Assembly (NCBI GenBank): GCA_051294905.1
Contig: CM119371.1
Coordinates: 6,264,001-6,328,000 of the forward strand
From: Botryllus schlosseri
Taxonomy: Eukaryota
Length of the DNA: 64,000 bases
Direction of reading: 5' to 3'
The notes below the pieces were generated by a model. It ran no database searches. It saw only the letters and a list, made by a program, of their open reading frames with translations, and was not told the origin of the DNA. Positions 63,153-64,000 of this stretch are shown piece by piece. The number at the start of each line of letters is the position of its first letter. Positions within the stretch are counted from its first letter, which is position 1. A program made the position numbers and the translations under genes.

Positions 63153-64000
63153 CATATTACTCTACACATCTATCAATATCACACTGCGAGTCGTCAAACT
63201 TTTTGTTTAAAGTAACATTTCACTTCTGGAATCTGGTTCGTTATAGACATACAAATTGTAGTGAACTCAACATCAAAACAAAAGAACTTTTTAGTTGAAT
63301 CAAATCAAATCATTCGTCTCCGACTTGTGCTTTTTTAGATTGCACGCGACAATTCGTTTCGAATGAGTTGTAACCAAAGTTAAGATATCTTTGTTTCCAC
63401 GGGTATAGCGGATGAATCAAGGTAACACAACCACGAATCGACGTTTCTGAGTATTTCACGGATGTAATAAACTTGTTAGTGTCGCCTATCTAAAAGTAGG
63501 CATATGCGTTCGATTTCCAGACCGGCTGTTGCGCTGTTTAGGATTCACTTACAATAACCAAGTGTGAGGATTTAACATCAATGTCGTCACTGTCGGAATT
63601 TGCAACAGACAATTGAAACATTACACAGTGTGAAAATATATCTTTGATATCAAAGCACTATCCCAAGCACACGATTAATTCACAACTCCGTTCACACTTT
63701 CTATAGAACGTACTAAATGTAAAATATCGCGAGGTTACACTCTAAGACTTTGTGATCATTACAAAAGTAAATTGGGATATGTTTGCTAGACGCACCCAAT
63801 TAACTAGAAGTGTCTAGTGCACTACACTCGTAATATCAAGGAAGTACTCGCTACACTGTAATTTGCTAAACGTGTTTTGTATTGTTGTTCATAGTATTGA
63901 TTAAAATTGTTTTTGAACCCTCAAATAATAATTCCCGACATGAAACCAAGCCGCTGAAAGTCGTTACCATTACAAAAAAAAATGTGTACTATGTTTGCCA

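Overview
Eukaryotic (animal, invertebrate-like, AT-rich) genomic DNA that is dense in transposons; I found no prokaryotic features, CRISPR array, rRNA or true tRNA. (1) A complete 11-exon Polo-like kinase 1 gene (+, 21475-34501, 567 aa) with a G2/M-type promoter (CCAAT x2, MYB site, CHR). (2) A phase-consistent 8-exon gene on the minus strand (9836->3563, about 425 aa) that the ORF track does not show. It encodes His...Asp-Pro-x-Gly...Gln...Cys-x-x-Trp motifs suggestive of a virus-like clan CE cysteine protease and lies head-to-head with PLK1 across about 10 kb of stacked transposons. (3) A downstream tandem partial PLK1 duplicate (38.4-46.5 kb) with old, degenerate kinase exons but near-identical, splice-intact Polo-box exons. 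(4) CR1/L2-group LINE copies, many hAT-type MITEs with 8-bp TSDs (nested up to four deep), CACTA-type elements and a tRNA-derived SINE. (5) A Penelope-like GIY-YIG ORF with minimal hammerhead ribozymes, split by two different foldback transposons that share GAG...CCCTGTW ends and 9-bp TSDs; one is a 5.4-kb satellite-armed palindrome. Splice sites and TSDs were read by eye. Family assignments rest on motif recognition, not database searches.
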